Assembly (NCBI RefSeq): GCF_000354175.2
Contig: NC_022349.1
Coordinates: 330,001 to 362,000, forward strand
Source: Vibrio alginolyticus NBRC 15630 = ATCC 17749
GTDB lineage: Bacteria > Pseudomonadota > Gammaproteobacteria > Enterobacterales > Vibrionaceae
Direction of reading: 5' to 3'
Length of the DNA: 32,000 nucleotides
A program made the position numbers and the translations under genes. Positions 16,543-27,270 of the stretch are shown here, one piece after another (the first letter of the stretch is position 1; each line of letters opens with the position of its first letter). The notes beneath the pieces are model-generated. The model saw nothing but the letters and a program-made list of their open reading frames with translations, was not told the DNA's origin and ran no database searches.

Positions 16543-18078
16543 TTATTGAACACTTGGTAACAAGCTCTCTGGCATGAGCGTGTTGTGGATAGCCAGCTTA
16601 AGCAGAGTATTTGCCTGTTCAATGTCTGGAGCAAAGTAGCGATCTTTATCGTAGAACGATACTTTTTCACGCAACATTTGTTTCGCAATCTCAATACGCT
16701 CAGAGGACTTGTTTGGCGCTCTAAAGTCTAGGCCTTGTGCTGCTGAGAGGTACTCGACAGCCAGAATACCGCGAGTGTTTTCGCCCATTTCTTTCAATCT
16801 GCGAGCCGCGAATGTTGCCATTGACACGTGATCTTCTTGGTTTGCAGATGTTGGCAAGCTGTCTACTGACGCTGGGTGAGCGAGCGTTTTGTTTTCACTT
16901 GCTAACGCAGCAGAGGTCACCTGAGCGATCATGAAACCAGAGTTCACACCACCATTGTCGACTAAGAACGGTGGCAGTTTTGATAGCGCGCTATCGATAA
17001 GTAATGCCATACGACGTTCAGACAAGCTGCCGATCTCGGCAATCGCAAGTGCTAGGTTGTCGGCTGCCATTGCAACAGGCTCCGCGTGGAAGTTACCGCC
17101 AGAGATGATGTCACCATCTTCAGCAAACACCAACGGATTATCTGATACGGAGTTCGCTTCTACTTGTAATACTTCCGCCGCATTGCGGATTTGCTGTAAA
17201 CACGCGCCCATCACTTGAGGCTGACAGCGCAAAGAATACGGGTCTTGTACTTTTTCACAGTTAGTGTGCGAATCACCTATTTCACTCGATGTGTCTAACA
17301 AATGACGGTATGCGAGTGCTGCGTCCATTTGGCTGCGATGACCACGTACACGGTGAATGCGCGGATCGAATGGACGTCGGCTGCCGAGAGCGGCTTCAAC
17401 AGACATTGCACCACAAACGGTTGCTGACGCGAAAAGGTCTTCCGCGATAAACAGGCCTTCCAATGCGAACGCTGTGGATGCCTGAGTCCCATTTAGTAGC
17501 GCTAAGCCTTCTTTTGGCGCCAGAGTGATAGGCTCTAGACCTGCGATTTTTAATGCTTCTTGCCCGGAAATGATTTTACCGTTGTGGCGAGCTTGTCCTT
17601 CTCCCAGTAATACAGTGCTCATATGGGCTAGAGGAGCTAAGTCACCTGATGCGCCAACAGAGCCCTTTTTAGGTACGCAAGGGTAAACTTGTGCGTTGAC
17701 TAGGTCGGTCAGCATATTAATGACTTTTAGGCGAATCCCAGAAAAGCCACGAGACAGACTATTGATTTTTAATACCATCATCAGACGAACCGTTTCATCT
17801 GACATAAACTCACCGATACCTGCCGCATGAGAAAGAACGATACTGCGTTGCAGTGTTTCTAAATCTTCTGGTGCTATTCGTGTGTTAGCCAATAGCCCAA
17901 AACCAGTGTTAATTCCGTAAACCGTTCTATCTTCCGCGATGACTCGGTCTACGACCTGTGTGCTTTCTTCAATGGCCGGAATGGCTTCAGGATCCAAAGT
18001 AAGGTTGACTGGTGAACGGCTCACTTGGCGTAGTTCGTTTAAGCTAATATGACCTGGCTTTAGCGTTAAATTTAACAT
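16543..18078 (-). CDS. hutH: histidine ammonia-lyase
   Basis: ORF 16543-18153. The MIO-forming ASGDL motif is present ([14 protein letters not shown]). Start is ATG 18078 (MLNLTLKPG..), or ATG 18087 three codons upstream. The longer ORF extension overlaps the hutU stop. Confidence 0.95.
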   Translation of the reverse strand: MLNLTLKPGHISLNELRQVSRSPVNLTLDPEAIPAIEESTQVVDRVIAEDRTVYGINTGFGLLANTRIAPEDLETLQRSIVLSHAAGIGEFMSDETVRLMMVLKINSLSRGFSGIRLKVINMLTDLVNAQVYPCVPKKGSVGASGDLAPLAHMSTVLLGEGQARHNGKIISGQEALKIAGLEPITLAPKEGLALLNGTQASTAFALEGLFIAEDLFASATVCGAMSVEAALGSRRPFDPRIHRVRGHRSQMDAALAYRHLLDTSSEIGDSHTNCEKVQDPYSLRCQPQVMGACLQQIRNAAEVLQVEANSVSDNPLVFAEDGDIISGGNFHAEPVAMAADNLALAIAEIGSLSERRMALLIDSALSKLPPFLVDNGGVNSGFMIAQVTSAALASENKTLAHPASVDSLPTSANQEDHVSMATFAARRLKEMGENTRGILAVEYLSAAQGLDFRAPNKSSERIEIAKQMLREKVSFYDKDRYFAPDIEQANTLLKLAIHNTLMPESLLPSVQ

Positions 18079-18089
18079 CTCTTTCATCC

Positions 18090-19787
18090 TTACTTGAGCT
18101 TCTTCAGTTCTTCGTTGAGCATTGGCAAATCTAGCCCTTGCTCTGCTGCACATTGTTTAGCGATATCGTATCCCGCATCAGCATGACGCATCACGCCTGT
18201 TGCTGGGTCGTTATGCAGCACGCGGGCAATACGTTCTGAGGCATCTTCACTGCCGTCACAGCAGATAACCATACCTGAGTGTTGCGAGAAGCCCATACCT
18301 ACGCCACCACCGTGGTGCAGTGAAACCCAAGTTGCGCCGCCCGCCGTGTTGAGTAGCGCGTTTAATAATGGCCAGTCTGATACGGCGTCAGAACCGTCCA
18401 TCATACCTTCGGTTTCACGGTTCGGGCTTGCTACAGAGCCAGAATCTAAGTGATCTCGACCAATGACAACGGGCGCTTTAAGTTCGCCATTTTTCACCAT
18501 TTCGTTGAATGCTTGACCAAGACGCTCACGATCTTTAAGACCAACCCAGCAAATACGCGCAGGTAAACCTTGGAACTGGATGCGTTCGCGAGCCATATCT
18601 AGCCAGTTATGTAAGTGCGGATTATCTGGAATTAGCTCTTTTACTTTTTGGTCGGTTTTATAAATGTCCTCAGGATCGCCAGAGAGAGCAGCCCAACGGA
18701 AAGGACCGATACCTTCACAGAATAGAGGACGAATGTAGGCTGGAACGAAGCCAGGAAAATCGAATGCGTTTTCTACGCCTTCTTCCAAGGCCATCTGGCG
18801 GATGTTGTTACCGTAGTCGAGTGTTGCGGCGCCGCGATTTTGCAGCTCTAACATCGCTTGAACTTGCACAGCCATGGATTTTTTCGCTGCTTTTACGACC
18901 ATTGCTTCATCTTGCAAACGCATTTCTGCTGCGTGAGACATGCTCCAGCCTTGTGGTAAATAGCCATTGAGCGGGTCGTGTGCAGACGTTTGGTCTGTTA
19001 CGACATCAGGCGTGATATTACGTTCTACCAGCTCAGAGAAAACGTCTGCTGCATTACCTAGTAGACCAACCGATACTGGTGTGTCTGACTCTTTAATGAT
19101 AGCTAGCGCTTCATCTAAAGAAGTCGCTTTCTTATCGACATAGCCTGTACGTAGGCGGTAATCGATACGTGATTCATCACACTCTACTGCAATCATGGAG
19201 AAGCCCGCCATTGTACCAGCGAGAGGTTGAGCACCACCCATGCCACCAAGACCACCTGTTAGAATCCAACGGCCCTTTGCTTCGCCGCCAAAGTGTTTTT
19301 TTGCAACAGATACGAACGTTTCGTATGTGCCTTGTACGATACCTTGCGAGCCAATGTATATCCAGCTGCCAGCGGTCATTTGGCCGTACATCATCAAGCC
19401 TTGTTTATCGAGCTCGTTGAAGTGTTCCCAGTTTGCCCAATGCGGAACAAGGTTTGAGTTTGCGATAAGCACGCGTGGAGCATTTTTATGAGTAGGGAAA
19501 ACACCAACAGGCTTGCCTGATTGAACTAAAAGCGTTTGGTCATCTTCGAGTCTTTCAAGTACTTCAACAATCTTGTCGTAACATTCCCAGTTTCGCGCTG
19601 CTCGGCCAATGCCGCCATATACAACCAGTGAATGTGGATGTTCTGCAACATCAGGATCAAGGTTGTTCATCAGCATACGAAGAGGGGCTTCGGTTAGCCA
19701 AGATTTTGCGCGCAGTTTATCTCCGTGAGGTGCACGAATTGTTCTGCTTGTATCAAGTCGTGGATCTTGTCCCTGGCGCTGTGTCAT
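18090..19787 (-). CDS. hutU: urocanate hydratase
   Basis: ORF 18090-19850. ATG 19787 ([22 protein letters not shown]..) is preceded by AAGGAG. Typical urocanase sequence throughout (..[10 protein letters not shown]..). Confidence 0.95.
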   Translation of the reverse strand: MTQRQGQDPRLDTSRTIRAPHGDKLRAKSWLTEAPLRMLMNNLDPDVAEHPHSLVVYGGIGRAARNWECYDKIVEVLERLEDDQTLLVQSGKPVGVFPTHKNAPRVLIANSNLVPHWANWEHFNELDKQGLMMYGQMTAGSWIYIGSQGIVQGTYETFVSVAKKHFGGEAKGRWILTGGLGGMGGAQPLAGTMAGFSMIAVECDESRIDYRLRTGYVDKKATSLDEALAIIKESDTPVSVGLLGNAADVFSELVERNITPDVVTDQTSAHDPLNGYLPQGWSMSHAAEMRLQDEAMVVKAAKKSMAVQVQAMLELQNRGAATLDYGNNIRQMALEEGVENAFDFPGFVPAYIRPLFCEGIGPFRWAALSGDPEDIYKTDQKVKELIPDNPHLHNWLDMARERIQFQGLPARICWVGLKDRERLGQAFNEMVKNGELKAPVVIGRDHLDSGSVASPNRETEGMMDGSDAVSDWPLLNALLNTAGGATWVSLHHGGGVGMGFSQHSGMVICCDGSEDASERIARVLHNDPATGVMRHADAGYDIAKQCAAEQGLDLPMLNEELKKLK

Positions 19788-19860
19788 TTCAGACTCCTTT
19801 AGTTTCTCGTGATGACCAAGTACTTGCTTGGTCGTAATAATCAGTGGCATCTGGGATGCA

Positions 19861-20871
19861 TTATGGTTTGTGCTGTTTTTCCGCCATTGCGTTGGCGATA
19901 TCCCAACACAAACGGGCAGCTAATCGTGCTGTTTGACTATCGACGTCATAATTTGGGTTGTATTCGGCGATATCAGCCAGCATTAACTTATTTTTGTAAT
20001 GAAGAATTCGATCTAAAAAGGGGGCAATTGTGTCGTAACTCACTCCCCGAGCTGCTGGTGCGCTGACTCCAGGTGCGGTTGCAGCAGGGAATACATCCAG
20101 ATCAATAGTCAAATAGAGGTAGTCACAGTCGTCAATAAAATGCTGAAGCTGAGTTAAGTGATAACTGTGGTTTAAGTAGCAGAGCTGATTGTCCTCTACA
20201 TACCAAACATTTAACGCATCTGCTTTTTCAAATAGCGCTTTAGTGTTGCTACTGCGGCTTACACCAATACAAGCGTAATGAAAGTCCCAATCGTTACGTT
20301 GACAAAAATGGTAAATTTGGTTGAAGGGTGTACCAGAGCTCGGTCTTATGTCGGCGAGGTTACTCTCGAATGCGCGCAAATCGAAATGCGCATCGAAATT
20401 GATAATGCCGATTTTAGGCTTCTTCTCTGGATGGTGCGCTTTAAAATATTCCGCTAAGCCGGAAAACGAGGCCCACGCAATCTCATGCCCACCACCCAGC
20501 ACGATGACTGGTGTATGGGGCAGTGCGCTTGAAATGGTTGCTGCACATAGAGCTTGGCTCTCTTCCAGTAAGTCGTCTTCACACACCACAGTACCTAAGT
20601 CATATAGTGGGGCGTCTTGGTGCCATGCTAAATTAGCGAGTGCTCGTCGGATTAAGTCTGGCGCTTTTTTCGCGCCAATGCGTCCTTTGTTTCTCGCAAC
20701 GCCAGCGTCGGTAGCAAAACCGAGTAATGAGACGCCATGCGCAACGGCACTCAACTCATCTGCTTTTTGGCGTTGAACAACGTGATGAATTCGCTGACCA
20801 AGCTTGCCGTCCTCGGCATCATGACGGCCTTGCCAATGAAATAGGGGAGAGTGTAGGTCGAATTGAGACAT
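19861..20871 (-). CDS. hutG: formimidoylglutamase (arginase-family HutG)
   Basis: ORF 19861-20904; ATG 20871 ([16 protein letters not shown]..) directly abuts the hutI stop. Arginase-fold metal motifs include GGGHEIA, DAHFDLR and DLDVF. Confidence 0.9.
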   Translation of the reverse strand: MSQFDLHSPLFHWQGRHDAEDGKLGQRIHHVVQRQKADELSAVAHGVSLLGFATDAGVARNKGRIGAKKAPDLIRRALANLAWHQDAPLYDLGTVVCEDDLLEESQALCAATISSALPHTPVIVLGGGHEIAWASFSGLAEYFKAHHPEKKPKIGIINFDAHFDLRAFESNLADIRPSSGTPFNQIYHFCQRNDWDFHYACIGVSRSSNTKALFEKADALNVWYVEDNQLCYLNHSYHLTQLQHFIDDCDYLYLTIDLDVFPAATAPGVSAPAARGVSYDTIAPFLDRILHYKNKLMLADIAEYNPNYDVDSQTARLAARLCWDIANAMAEKQHKP

Positions 20872-20872
20872 A

Positions 20873-22123
20873 TTATTGGCCTCCGTGTGAAATGTATTCA
20901 CCATTTACTATACGACCTACCAGACGTTTTGCTCCGACTTGATAGCTTAAATCCGCAGGGCTTTCGATATCCCATATAGAGAAGTCCGCATCAAACCCTA
21001 CTTTGATTTCGCCACGTGAGTTTTGATAACCCAGAGCTTTGGCTGCATGTTGCGTTACACCACGCAGTGCTTCTTGCGGTGTAAGGCGAAATAGCGTGCA
21101 CGCCATATTCAGCATGAGTGTGAGATCAGAAAATGGTGATGTACCTGGGTTGACGTCCGTAGCAATTGCCATCGGCACGTTATGCTCTCTCAACAACTCA
21201 ATCGGTGGTAACTGAGTTTCTCTTAGAAAATAAAAAGCGCCAGGCAATAGAGTGGCGACGGTGTTTGATCGAGCAAGTGCTTTAACACCTTGCTCATCTA
21301 AAAACTCGATGTGATCCGCTGACAGACCTTTGTATTGCGCAGTGAGGGCTGTACCACCGAGATTAGAAAGTTGCTCAGTATGCCCTTTAACCTTTAAGCC
21401 GTGGCGTTTTGCAGCTACAAACACTTTTTCTGTTTGTTCAAGATTGAAACCAATCGATTCACAAAAAACATCGACACTCGTAGCTAATTCTTCCTTTGCG
21501 ACAACAGGGATTATGTCCTGACAAATGTGCTCAATATAATCATCTGCACGACCTTGGAACTCTGGCGGAATGGCGTGAGCGGCGAGAAGTGTAGTGGTGA
21601 TTTTAACTTTGCGCTCTTGCTCCAGCATTTTGGCGGCACGGAGCATTTTTATTTCATCATTCAGTGTCAATCCATAGCCAGATTTCACCTCGACAGAAGT
21701 GACGCCACTCGCGAGTAACCCATCTAAACGTGGTAACGCTAACTCAACTAATTGCGCTTCGGTTGCTGAACGCGTCGCATGCACCGTTGAAAGTATCCCA
21801 CCGCCTTGTTTGGAAATTTCTTGATATGGCACGCCGTTTAAGCGCATTTCAAATTCGTTGGCACGATTGCCCGCGTAAACAAGATGAGTGTGGCAGTCGA
21901 TCAAACCTGGCAGAACTAACTTGCCTTGAAGGTCGATACTCTGAGCGTAATGTTGGGCAGACAGCAGAGACTCGGTTTGCGGTGCGTCTTCACCAATGGC
22001 ACAAGTACTGATCGCAACGATTTTTCCAGATTTAATACCAATGCGCGCTGGAGGCGTTGGAAGGTATCCGCATTCTCCCGATTGCATGGTAACTAGACGT
22101 GCGTTTTCAATCAGCAAATCCAT
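20873..22123 (-). CDS. hutI: imidazolonepropionase
   Basis: ORF 20873-22180; ATG 22123 ([14 protein letters not shown]..). Amidohydrolase HxH motif (IDCHTHLV) and typical HutI sequence. Confidence 0.95.
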   Translation of the reverse strand: MDLLIENARLVTMQSGECGYLPTPPARIGIKSGKIVAISTCAIGEDAPQTESLLSAQHYAQSIDLQGKLVLPGLIDCHTHLVYAGNRANEFEMRLNGVPYQEISKQGGGILSTVHATRSATEAQLVELALPRLDGLLASGVTSVEVKSGYGLTLNDEIKMLRAAKMLEQERKVKITTTLLAAHAIPPEFQGRADDYIEHICQDIIPVVAKEELATSVDVFCESIGFNLEQTEKVFVAAKRHGLKVKGHTEQLSNLGGTALTAQYKGLSADHIEFLDEQGVKALARSNTVATLLPGAFYFLRETQLPPIELLREHNVPMAIATDVNPGTSPFSDLTLMLNMACTLFRLTPQEALRGVTQHAAKALGYQNSRGEIKVGFDADFSIWDIESPADLSYQVGAKRLVGRIVNGEYISHGGQ

Positions 22124-22156
22124 GTTTGTGTCCCTGTGTTTATTTGTATCATTAAA

Positions 22157-22166
22157 TGTATATACA
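22157..22166. promoter_or_regulatory. HutC-type operator at the hutI promoter
   Basis: Perfect palindrome TGTATATACA, the core of the HutC operator (TGTATATACA-like) described in enterics and pseudomonads. On the minus strand it lies just downstream of a TTGTCA-17 nt-TATTTA promoter and about 35 nt upstream of the hutI ATG. Confidence 0.65.
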
Positions 22167-22252
22167 AATAAATAGAGCAAAATAAGAACACTGACAAGAT
22201 TGATGTTGCTAAAATGTGATCAAAACGTAGATCTAGAGGGCAAATCTTGTCC

Positions 22253-22960
22253 TTAAATGAGCACTTTTGAGCTCAGCTTATATTTGTTACCAGGGTGATA
22301 AAGTAGGGCGGTACTGACTAACTTATCTTGGCTCCACGTTCTGCGATTCAAGAGAAGGCAAGGTTCATTGGCTTGCATTTTTAAGTCTTGCTTAATACGG
22401 CTTTCAGGCACAATTGCCTCTACAGTATGTTCTATCGCGCTGAGTGGGCAATTATCTGACAGGTATTGATTTGGAGTGATTTGTGTGAAGTCTTGATTTA
22501 AATAACTCGGGGCATATTGGCTATTCACCCAGCGGAGCTCCAATTGAATCGGCGTTTGGTCTTCATAGTGAATAATTTCACTGTAAAACACTGTCGTGCC
22601 TAGCATAACGCCGAGTTTTGTCGCAATGTTGTCATCTGCTTTTATGGCAATCTGTTTGAGCACTTTACTGCCATACTTTCGCCCTCTATCGCTGACTTCT
22701 TCGGCAATGTTTCGAATGTCTAGCAGGGGGGATTCTGACTTTTCACCAGGATCACACACGAACGTGCCTAAGCGTGGGCGACGTTGTAATCGGCCCTCAT
22801 TTACTAAATCCCGAATTGCTTTGTTCACTGTCATTCTACTGACACCAAATTGCTCGGTAAGCTCAATCTCGGTGGCGATGCGATGACCAACTACCCACTC
22901 TCCAGCATCAATTTTATCCAGGATAAATTGTTTAATTTGAATGTAGAGCGGTGCAGACAT
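22253..22960 (-). CDS. hutC: histidine utilisation repressor, GntR/HutC family
   Basis: N-terminal GntR wHTH (ELTEQFGVSRMTVNKAIRDLVNEGRL) plus a UTRA effector domain. It sits at the head of the hut cluster. Confidence 0.9.
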   Translation of the reverse strand: MSAPLYIQIKQFILDKIDAGEWVVGHRIATEIELTEQFGVSRMTVNKAIRDLVNEGRLQRRPRLGTFVCDPGEKSESPLLDIRNIAEEVSDRGRKYGSKVLKQIAIKADDNIATKLGVMLGTTVFYSEIIHYEDQTPIQLELRWVNSQYAPSYLNQDFTQITPNQYLSDNCPLSAIEHTVEAIVPESRIKQDLKMQANEPCLLLNRRTWSQDKLVSTALLYHPGNKYKLSSKVLI

Positions 22961-22976
22961 AATGATTTCCCTTTAT

Positions 22977-22988
22977 TTGACTATACAA
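22977..22988. promoter_or_regulatory. second, imperfect HutC-type operator upstream of hutC (autoregulation candidate)
   Basis: TTGACTATACAA (reverse complement TTGTATAGTCAA) lies 17 nt upstream of the hutC ATG and resembles the TTGTATATACAA site at hutI. Confidence 0.4.
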
Positions 22989-23208
22989 ATACTGCTGAAT
23001 TTAGGTACAAATTGCAAACATTTCTCGACGAATGTACCGCTTAGTGACCGAACAATCCTATTGCAGGGCTGAATGACTCTTGCTGCTGAGCATTATTTGG
23101 CTTGATGATTGAATTCAAGCATTTTCTTGTGGTCTATTGCTTGCACAGCAGAAAACAATTGTGTAAACAAACGATTATTAGAAGAAAAGTCGCTAAAAAA
23201 GGAAAAAT

Positions 23209-23952
23209 ATGTTTAAAAAATTGAAAGCATCACTGGGGATCGGCTCTGCAAAAGTAGATACCATTTTGGACGAAATGAGCGTGTTTCAAGGAGCGACGCT
23301 GAAAGGGCATGTTCATATCAAAGGCGGAGATGTCGAACAACAAATTGATGCTATTACGATTAAATTGAACACGGAAATGAAAGTCGAAGTGGATGATAGC
23401 GTAAGTTACCAAACCTTCACTATTGATCAATTGAAAGCAGTTGACCCTTTTGTGATTCAACCTAATGAAGAAAAGCAGGTTCCGTTTGAGCTAAAACTGC
23501 ATGATGAAACACCAATTACTGCGGTTAGCGCACTTAAGAATCAATGTCATGTTTGGGTCGAGACGACGTTAGATATTGATTTTGCAATTGATCCGCGTGA
23601 CCGTGACTATATTGAAGTGAAACCTTTACCAGTAGCATCTCGGGTTATTCAAGCGATCGAGCAAGCTGGTTTCACTATGGTTAAAGCCGATGTTGAAAAA
23701 GGCTTTTTGCGCGGTGGCTCGTTTGCTTCTCGCTCTGGTATTTATCAAGAGCTAGAGTTCCGTAACAGCGGCTTTATCTCATCAAAAGAAATTGAGCTCT
23801 CTTTTATTCTGGAAGGGCAGGTCATGCATTGTTTGGCAGAGATTGACCGTTCGCTCAGTTTGGCTGGTGACCAATATCGCTCGTTTACGTTGCCGATCAA
23901 TGCAACCGATGCTCAAGTCGCAGCCGCAGTGGCACCAACGCTAAATCTATAG
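23209..23952 (+). CDS. Spo0M-like (sporulation-control/arrestin-like fold) family protein
   Basis: The N-terminus MFKKLKASLGIGSAKVDTIL.. and the length (247 aa) are characteristic of the SpoOM family as I recall it. AAGGAAA serves as SD. Confidence 0.7.
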   Translation: MFKKLKASLGIGSAKVDTILDEMSVFQGATLKGHVHIKGGDVEQQIDAITIKLNTEMKVEVDDSVSYQTFTIDQLKAVDPFVIQPNEEKQVPFELKLHDETPITAVSALKNQCHVWVETTLDIDFAIDPRDRDYIEVKPLPVASRVIQAIEQAGFTMVKADVEKGFLRGGSFASRSGIYQELEFRNSGFISSKEIELSFILEGQVMHCLAEIDRSLSLAGDQYRSFTLPINATDAQVAAAVAPTLNL

Positions 23953-23958
23953 CTCTCA

Positions 23959-24936
23959 TCACCTTGATGAAAATATGTACCGATATCCTATTGTGAAAGC
24001 GATATCGGTACTGTTATCCATGTTTCTTGCGTTCTCTACGGCTAAAAACTCAAGCGCTGAATTTTCCATTAGATATCGATAGCCCAATACCAGTTCATTA
24101 GAGGCATCAGCAAACTCTGTGGGCCCTTCTGTTGAGCCTTGATACCAATGATATTCCAACATCAGGTGATGGTTATCTTCTAAGGCATAACGGTACCCAC
24201 CCGCAATGGCAATCGTATTATGTCGATAGGGCAGATCGAGCAAGGCACGGTCATCCGAGCGAAAAGTCATGCCAATCATCGAATAAAATGCATGAGCATC
24301 ACTTAAGTAGCTGTAGTTTAATTGGAAGCCTTGCTCGAAACTGCTACCTTGAAAAGTACCGTGAGCCACATCGTTAAAATACAAACTGCCGCCAATCGAT
24401 AGGCCGTGATGTTCATTTTGGAACACTTGATACTGTAAGTAAGTAGATAGGTTATTGGCCAGTGTTTGTCCTTCGAAATCATCTTCAAGCACATTATATT
24501 GCGGCATTGAAATGTAAAAACGATCTCTGTCTACTTTATCCCGCCCATTTTGTCCGATACCGAAAAGTTTATGGAAGCTTTTCGTCAGTCCATCTAAATG
24601 GTTGTCAGCGGCAAAGACCCATCGATAGTTGAGCTCCCACTGCCAACGGTTGCTGACTTGCCATTTGCTGCCTAATTCGATTTGATTGTGGTAATAATCC
24701 AGTGCGTATTCATCAGTATGAGCCCAAACACTTGCCACGGTTCCCGAACCATAGGCTTCGACAAAACCAGAGGGCAGACTATGCCCTGAACGCAGTATGT
24801 TGGTGTGACTAACCACTTGCATTGGGGATTGTGCGTAAGAACGCAGCGGGCCATATAAGTCATTTGATGCGAAGGCTTGCAAAGAACATATCGAGGTGCT
24901 TAGAAGTACCATAAAGCGCGATTTGAAATAGACCAT
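23959..24936 (-). CDS. putative outer-membrane beta-barrel protein (possibly DUF3187 family)
   Basis: Signal peptide (MVYFKSRFMVLLSTSICSLQAFA), then alternating aromatic/polar strand-like segments rich in Y/W/G (..GYRYAL.., ..LGYRYLM.., ..IGYRYIF..). The family name is uncertain. Confidence 0.5.
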   Translation of the reverse strand: MVYFKSRFMVLLSTSICSLQAFASNDLYGPLRSYAQSPMQVVSHTNILRSGHSLPSGFVEAYGSGTVASVWAHTDEYALDYYHNQIELGSKWQVSNRWQWELNYRWVFAADNHLDGLTKSFHKLFGIGQNGRDKVDRDRFYISMPQYNVLEDDFEGQTLANNLSTYLQYQVFQNEHHGLSIGGSLYFNDVAHGTFQGSSFEQGFQLNYSYLSDAHAFYSMIGMTFRSDDRALLDLPYRHNTIAIAGGYRYALEDNHHLMLEYHWYQGSTEGPTEFADASNELVLGYRYLMENSALEFLAVENARNMDNSTDIAFTIGYRYIFSSR

Positions 24937-25176
24937 GATGAATACCTACATACAAACTACTCTATAAAACAACTATATACCTAAATCGCACGTTGAGCTC
25001 TCGCCAAGCGTGTTAAGCTTTGTATCGGTTCAAACGTAATAGGCGATATTGTAATTTGTTGTGTAAGTTCATTGGGGGGCAATTCCGTTTACAAGTTATG
25101 CGGTCTCTTAAAAAGCATGATCAGATTGTCGTGACGGGTCTGCGGTTAAGTTCTTATGACAAAACAAAATCGCGCT

Positions 25177-25205
25177 TTGCATTCTAAATGTGAGCTAGGT
25201 ACAAT
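25177..25205 (+). promoter_or_regulatory. candidate sigma-70 promoter of thrS
   Basis: TTGCAT (25177-25182), 17-nt spacer, TACAAT (25200-25205). Confidence 0.55.
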
Positions 25206-25224
25206 CCCATTTTCGATAACGGTC

Positions 25225-25320
25225 CGGTATTCGTGTTACCGAGAGGCCTTTATTGACTCTCAACTATTTTCAACAAATAGCTTCTAATTTGAATAACATG
25301 TGTTGCTTGGTGTGCAACAC
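25225..25320 (+). promoter_or_regulatory. thrS translational operator: two tRNA-Thr anticodon-arm mimics
   Basis: Hairpin 1 (25225-25241): CGGTA-UUCGUGU-UACCG. Hairpin 2 (25300-25320): GUGUUGC-UUGGUGU-GCAACAC. Both have 7-nt loops with U33-like U followed by CGU or GGU, which are Thr anticodons. Hairpin 2 ends 7 nt before the SD AAGGA (25328-25332). Confidence 0.65.
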
Positions 25321-25338
25321 CACTGTAAAGGACATAGC

Positions 25339-27267
25339 ATGCCTATTATTACTCTTCCTGACGGCAGTCAGCGTCAATTTGACAACCCAGTTTCTACTAT
25401 GGAAGTTGCGCAATCGATCGGTCCTGGTCTTGCAAAAGCAACTATCGCTGGTCGTGTAAACGGTAACCGCGTTGATGCGTGTGATCTAATTGAAGAAGAC
25501 GCAAGCCTTGAAATCATCACAGTTAAAGATGAAGTAGACGGTCTAGAAATCGTTCGTCACTCTTGTGCTCACCTTCTGGGTCACGCTCTTAAGCAGCTTT
25601 ACCCTCAAGCTAAAATGGCGATCGGTCCAACCATCGACAATGGCTTCTACTACGATATCGACCTAGACGAATCTCTAACGCAAGAAGATCTTGAAAAGAT
25701 TGAAAAGCGTATGAAAGAGCTAGCGAAAACCAAGTACGAAGTGGTTAAGAAAAAAGTAAGCTGGCAGGAAGCGCGTGATACGTTTGAATCACGTGGCGAA
25801 CCATACAAAGTGGAAATCCTAGACGAAAACGTATCTCGTGATGATCGTCCAGGTCTTTACCACCATGAAGAATACATCGACATGTGTCGTGGTCCACACG
25901 TACCTAACATGAGCTTCTGTCAACATTTCACACTATTAAATGTGGCAGGCGCATACTGGCGTGGTAACAGCGACAACAAAATGCTTCAACGTATCTACGG
26001 TACAGCATTCCACGATAAGAAAGCTCTGAAAGCGCACCTAACTCGCCTAGAAGAAGCGGCGAAGCGCGACCACCGTAAGATTGGTAAGCAACTAGACCTA
26101 TTCCACATGCAGCAAGAAGCGCCGGGTATGGTGTTCTGGCATCACAATGGTTGGTCTATCTTCCGTGATCTAGAAGTATTCATTCGCGCTAAGCTAGATG
26201 AGTACGGTTACCAAGAAGTAAAAGGTCCGCTAATGATGGACCGTGTTCTTTGGGAACGCTCAGGTCACTGGGATAAATACGCTGATGCAATGTTCACAAC
26301 TTCTTCTGAGAACCGTGAATACGCGATTAAGCCAATGAACTGTCCAGGTCACGTACAGATCTTCAACCAAGGTCTAAAATCGTACCGCGACCTACCGCTA
26401 CGTATGGCTGAGTTTGGCTCATGTCACCGTAACGAACCATCTGGTGCACTACACGGTATTATGCGTGTACGTGGCTTTACTCAGGATGACGCTCACATTT
26501 TCTGTACTGAGAGCCAAATTCAAGAAGAAGTAACAAACTGTATCAAGATGGTGTACGATACGTACCAAACATTTGGTTTCGACAACATCGTAGTGAAACT
26601 GTCTACTCGTCCAGAGAAACGTGTAGGTTCAGATGAAATCTGGGATCAATCTGAAGAAGCATTGAAGCAGTCTCTTGAATCGATGGATATCCCATACGAA
26701 ATTCAAGAAGGCGAGGGTGCGTTCTACGGTCCTAAGATTGAATTCACACTATACGATTGTCTAGACCGTGCGTGGCAGTGTGGTACTGTCCAGCTAGACT
26801 TCAACCTACCAGGTCGCTTAGGTGCAACTTATGTAGGTGAAAACAATGAACGTCTTGTACCGGTAATGATTCACCGTGCGATTCTAGGTTCACTAGAGCG
26901 CTTCATCGGTATCCTTATCGAAGAATATGCTGGTTTCTTCCCAACTTGGTTGGCGCCAGAACAAGCAGTTCTTATGAACATTACTGATAAACAGTCAGGT
27001 TATGTTCAAGAAATAGTACAAAAACTACAAAAAAGTGGAATTAGAGCTAAAGCGGACTTGAGAAATGAGAAGATTGGCTTTAAAATCCGCGAACATACTT
27101 TGAAGCGTGTACCGTATATGCTTGTTGTTGGTGACCAAGAAATGGAAGCTGGCGAAATTGCAGTGCGTACTCGTAAAGGTAAAGATCTTGGTAAATTTAA
27201 AGTGGATGATTTTATTGCATACATCCAAGACGAGATCTCTAGCCGTAAGCTCAATCTGGAGGAATAA
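25339..27267 (+). CDS. thrS: threonine--tRNA ligase
   Basis: ORF 25300-27267; ATG 25339 ([14 protein letters not shown]..), 642 aa. TGS domain, class II motifs and an anticodon-binding domain. Unmistakable ThrRS sequence. Confidence 0.97.
   Translation: MPIITLPDGSQRQFDNPVSTMEVAQSIGPGLAKATIAGRVNGNRVDACDLIEEDASLEIITVKDEVDGLEIVRHSCAHLLGHALKQLYPQAKMAIGPTIDNGFYYDIDLDESLTQEDLEKIEKRMKELAKTKYEVVKKKVSWQEARDTFESRGEPYKVEILDENVSRDDRPGLYHHEEYIDMCRGPHVPNMSFCQHFTLLNVAGAYWRGNSDNKMLQRIYGTAFHDKKALKAHLTRLEEAAKRDHRKIGKQLDLFHMQQEAPGMVFWHHNGWSIFRDLEVFIRAKLDEYGYQEVKGPLMMDRVLWERSGHWDKYADAMFTTSSENREYAIKPMNCPGHVQIFNQGLKSYRDLPLRMAEFGSCHRNEPSGALHGIMRVRGFTQDDAHIFCTESQIQEEVTNCIKMVYDTYQTFGFDNIVVKLSTRPEKRVGSDEIWDQSEEALKQSLESMDIPYEIQEGEGAFYGPKIEFTLYDCLDRAWQCGTVQLDFNLPGRLGATYVGENNERLVPVMIHRAILGSLERFIGILIEEYAGFFPTWLAPEQAVLMNITDKQSGYVQEIVQKLQKSGIRAKADLRNEKIGFKIREHTLKRVPYMLVVGDQEMEAGEIAVRTRKGKDLGKFKVDDFIAYIQDEISSRKLNLEE
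27058..27086 (+). promoter_or_regulatory. candidate infC promoter inside the 3' end of thrS
   Basis: TTGAGA (27058-27063), 17 nt, TAAAAT (27081-27086). E. coli infC is known to be transcribed from promoters internal to thrS. The site lies in a local patch of rare codons. Confidence 0.45.
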
Positions 27268-27270
27268 GCT

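Noticed and set aside
22211-22232. AAATGTGATCAAAACGTAGATC as a CRP site for the hut promoter.
   Set aside because: Only one half-site (TGTGA) is good. The second half is CGTAG instead of TCACA. That is too weak to call without a PWM score or conservation.
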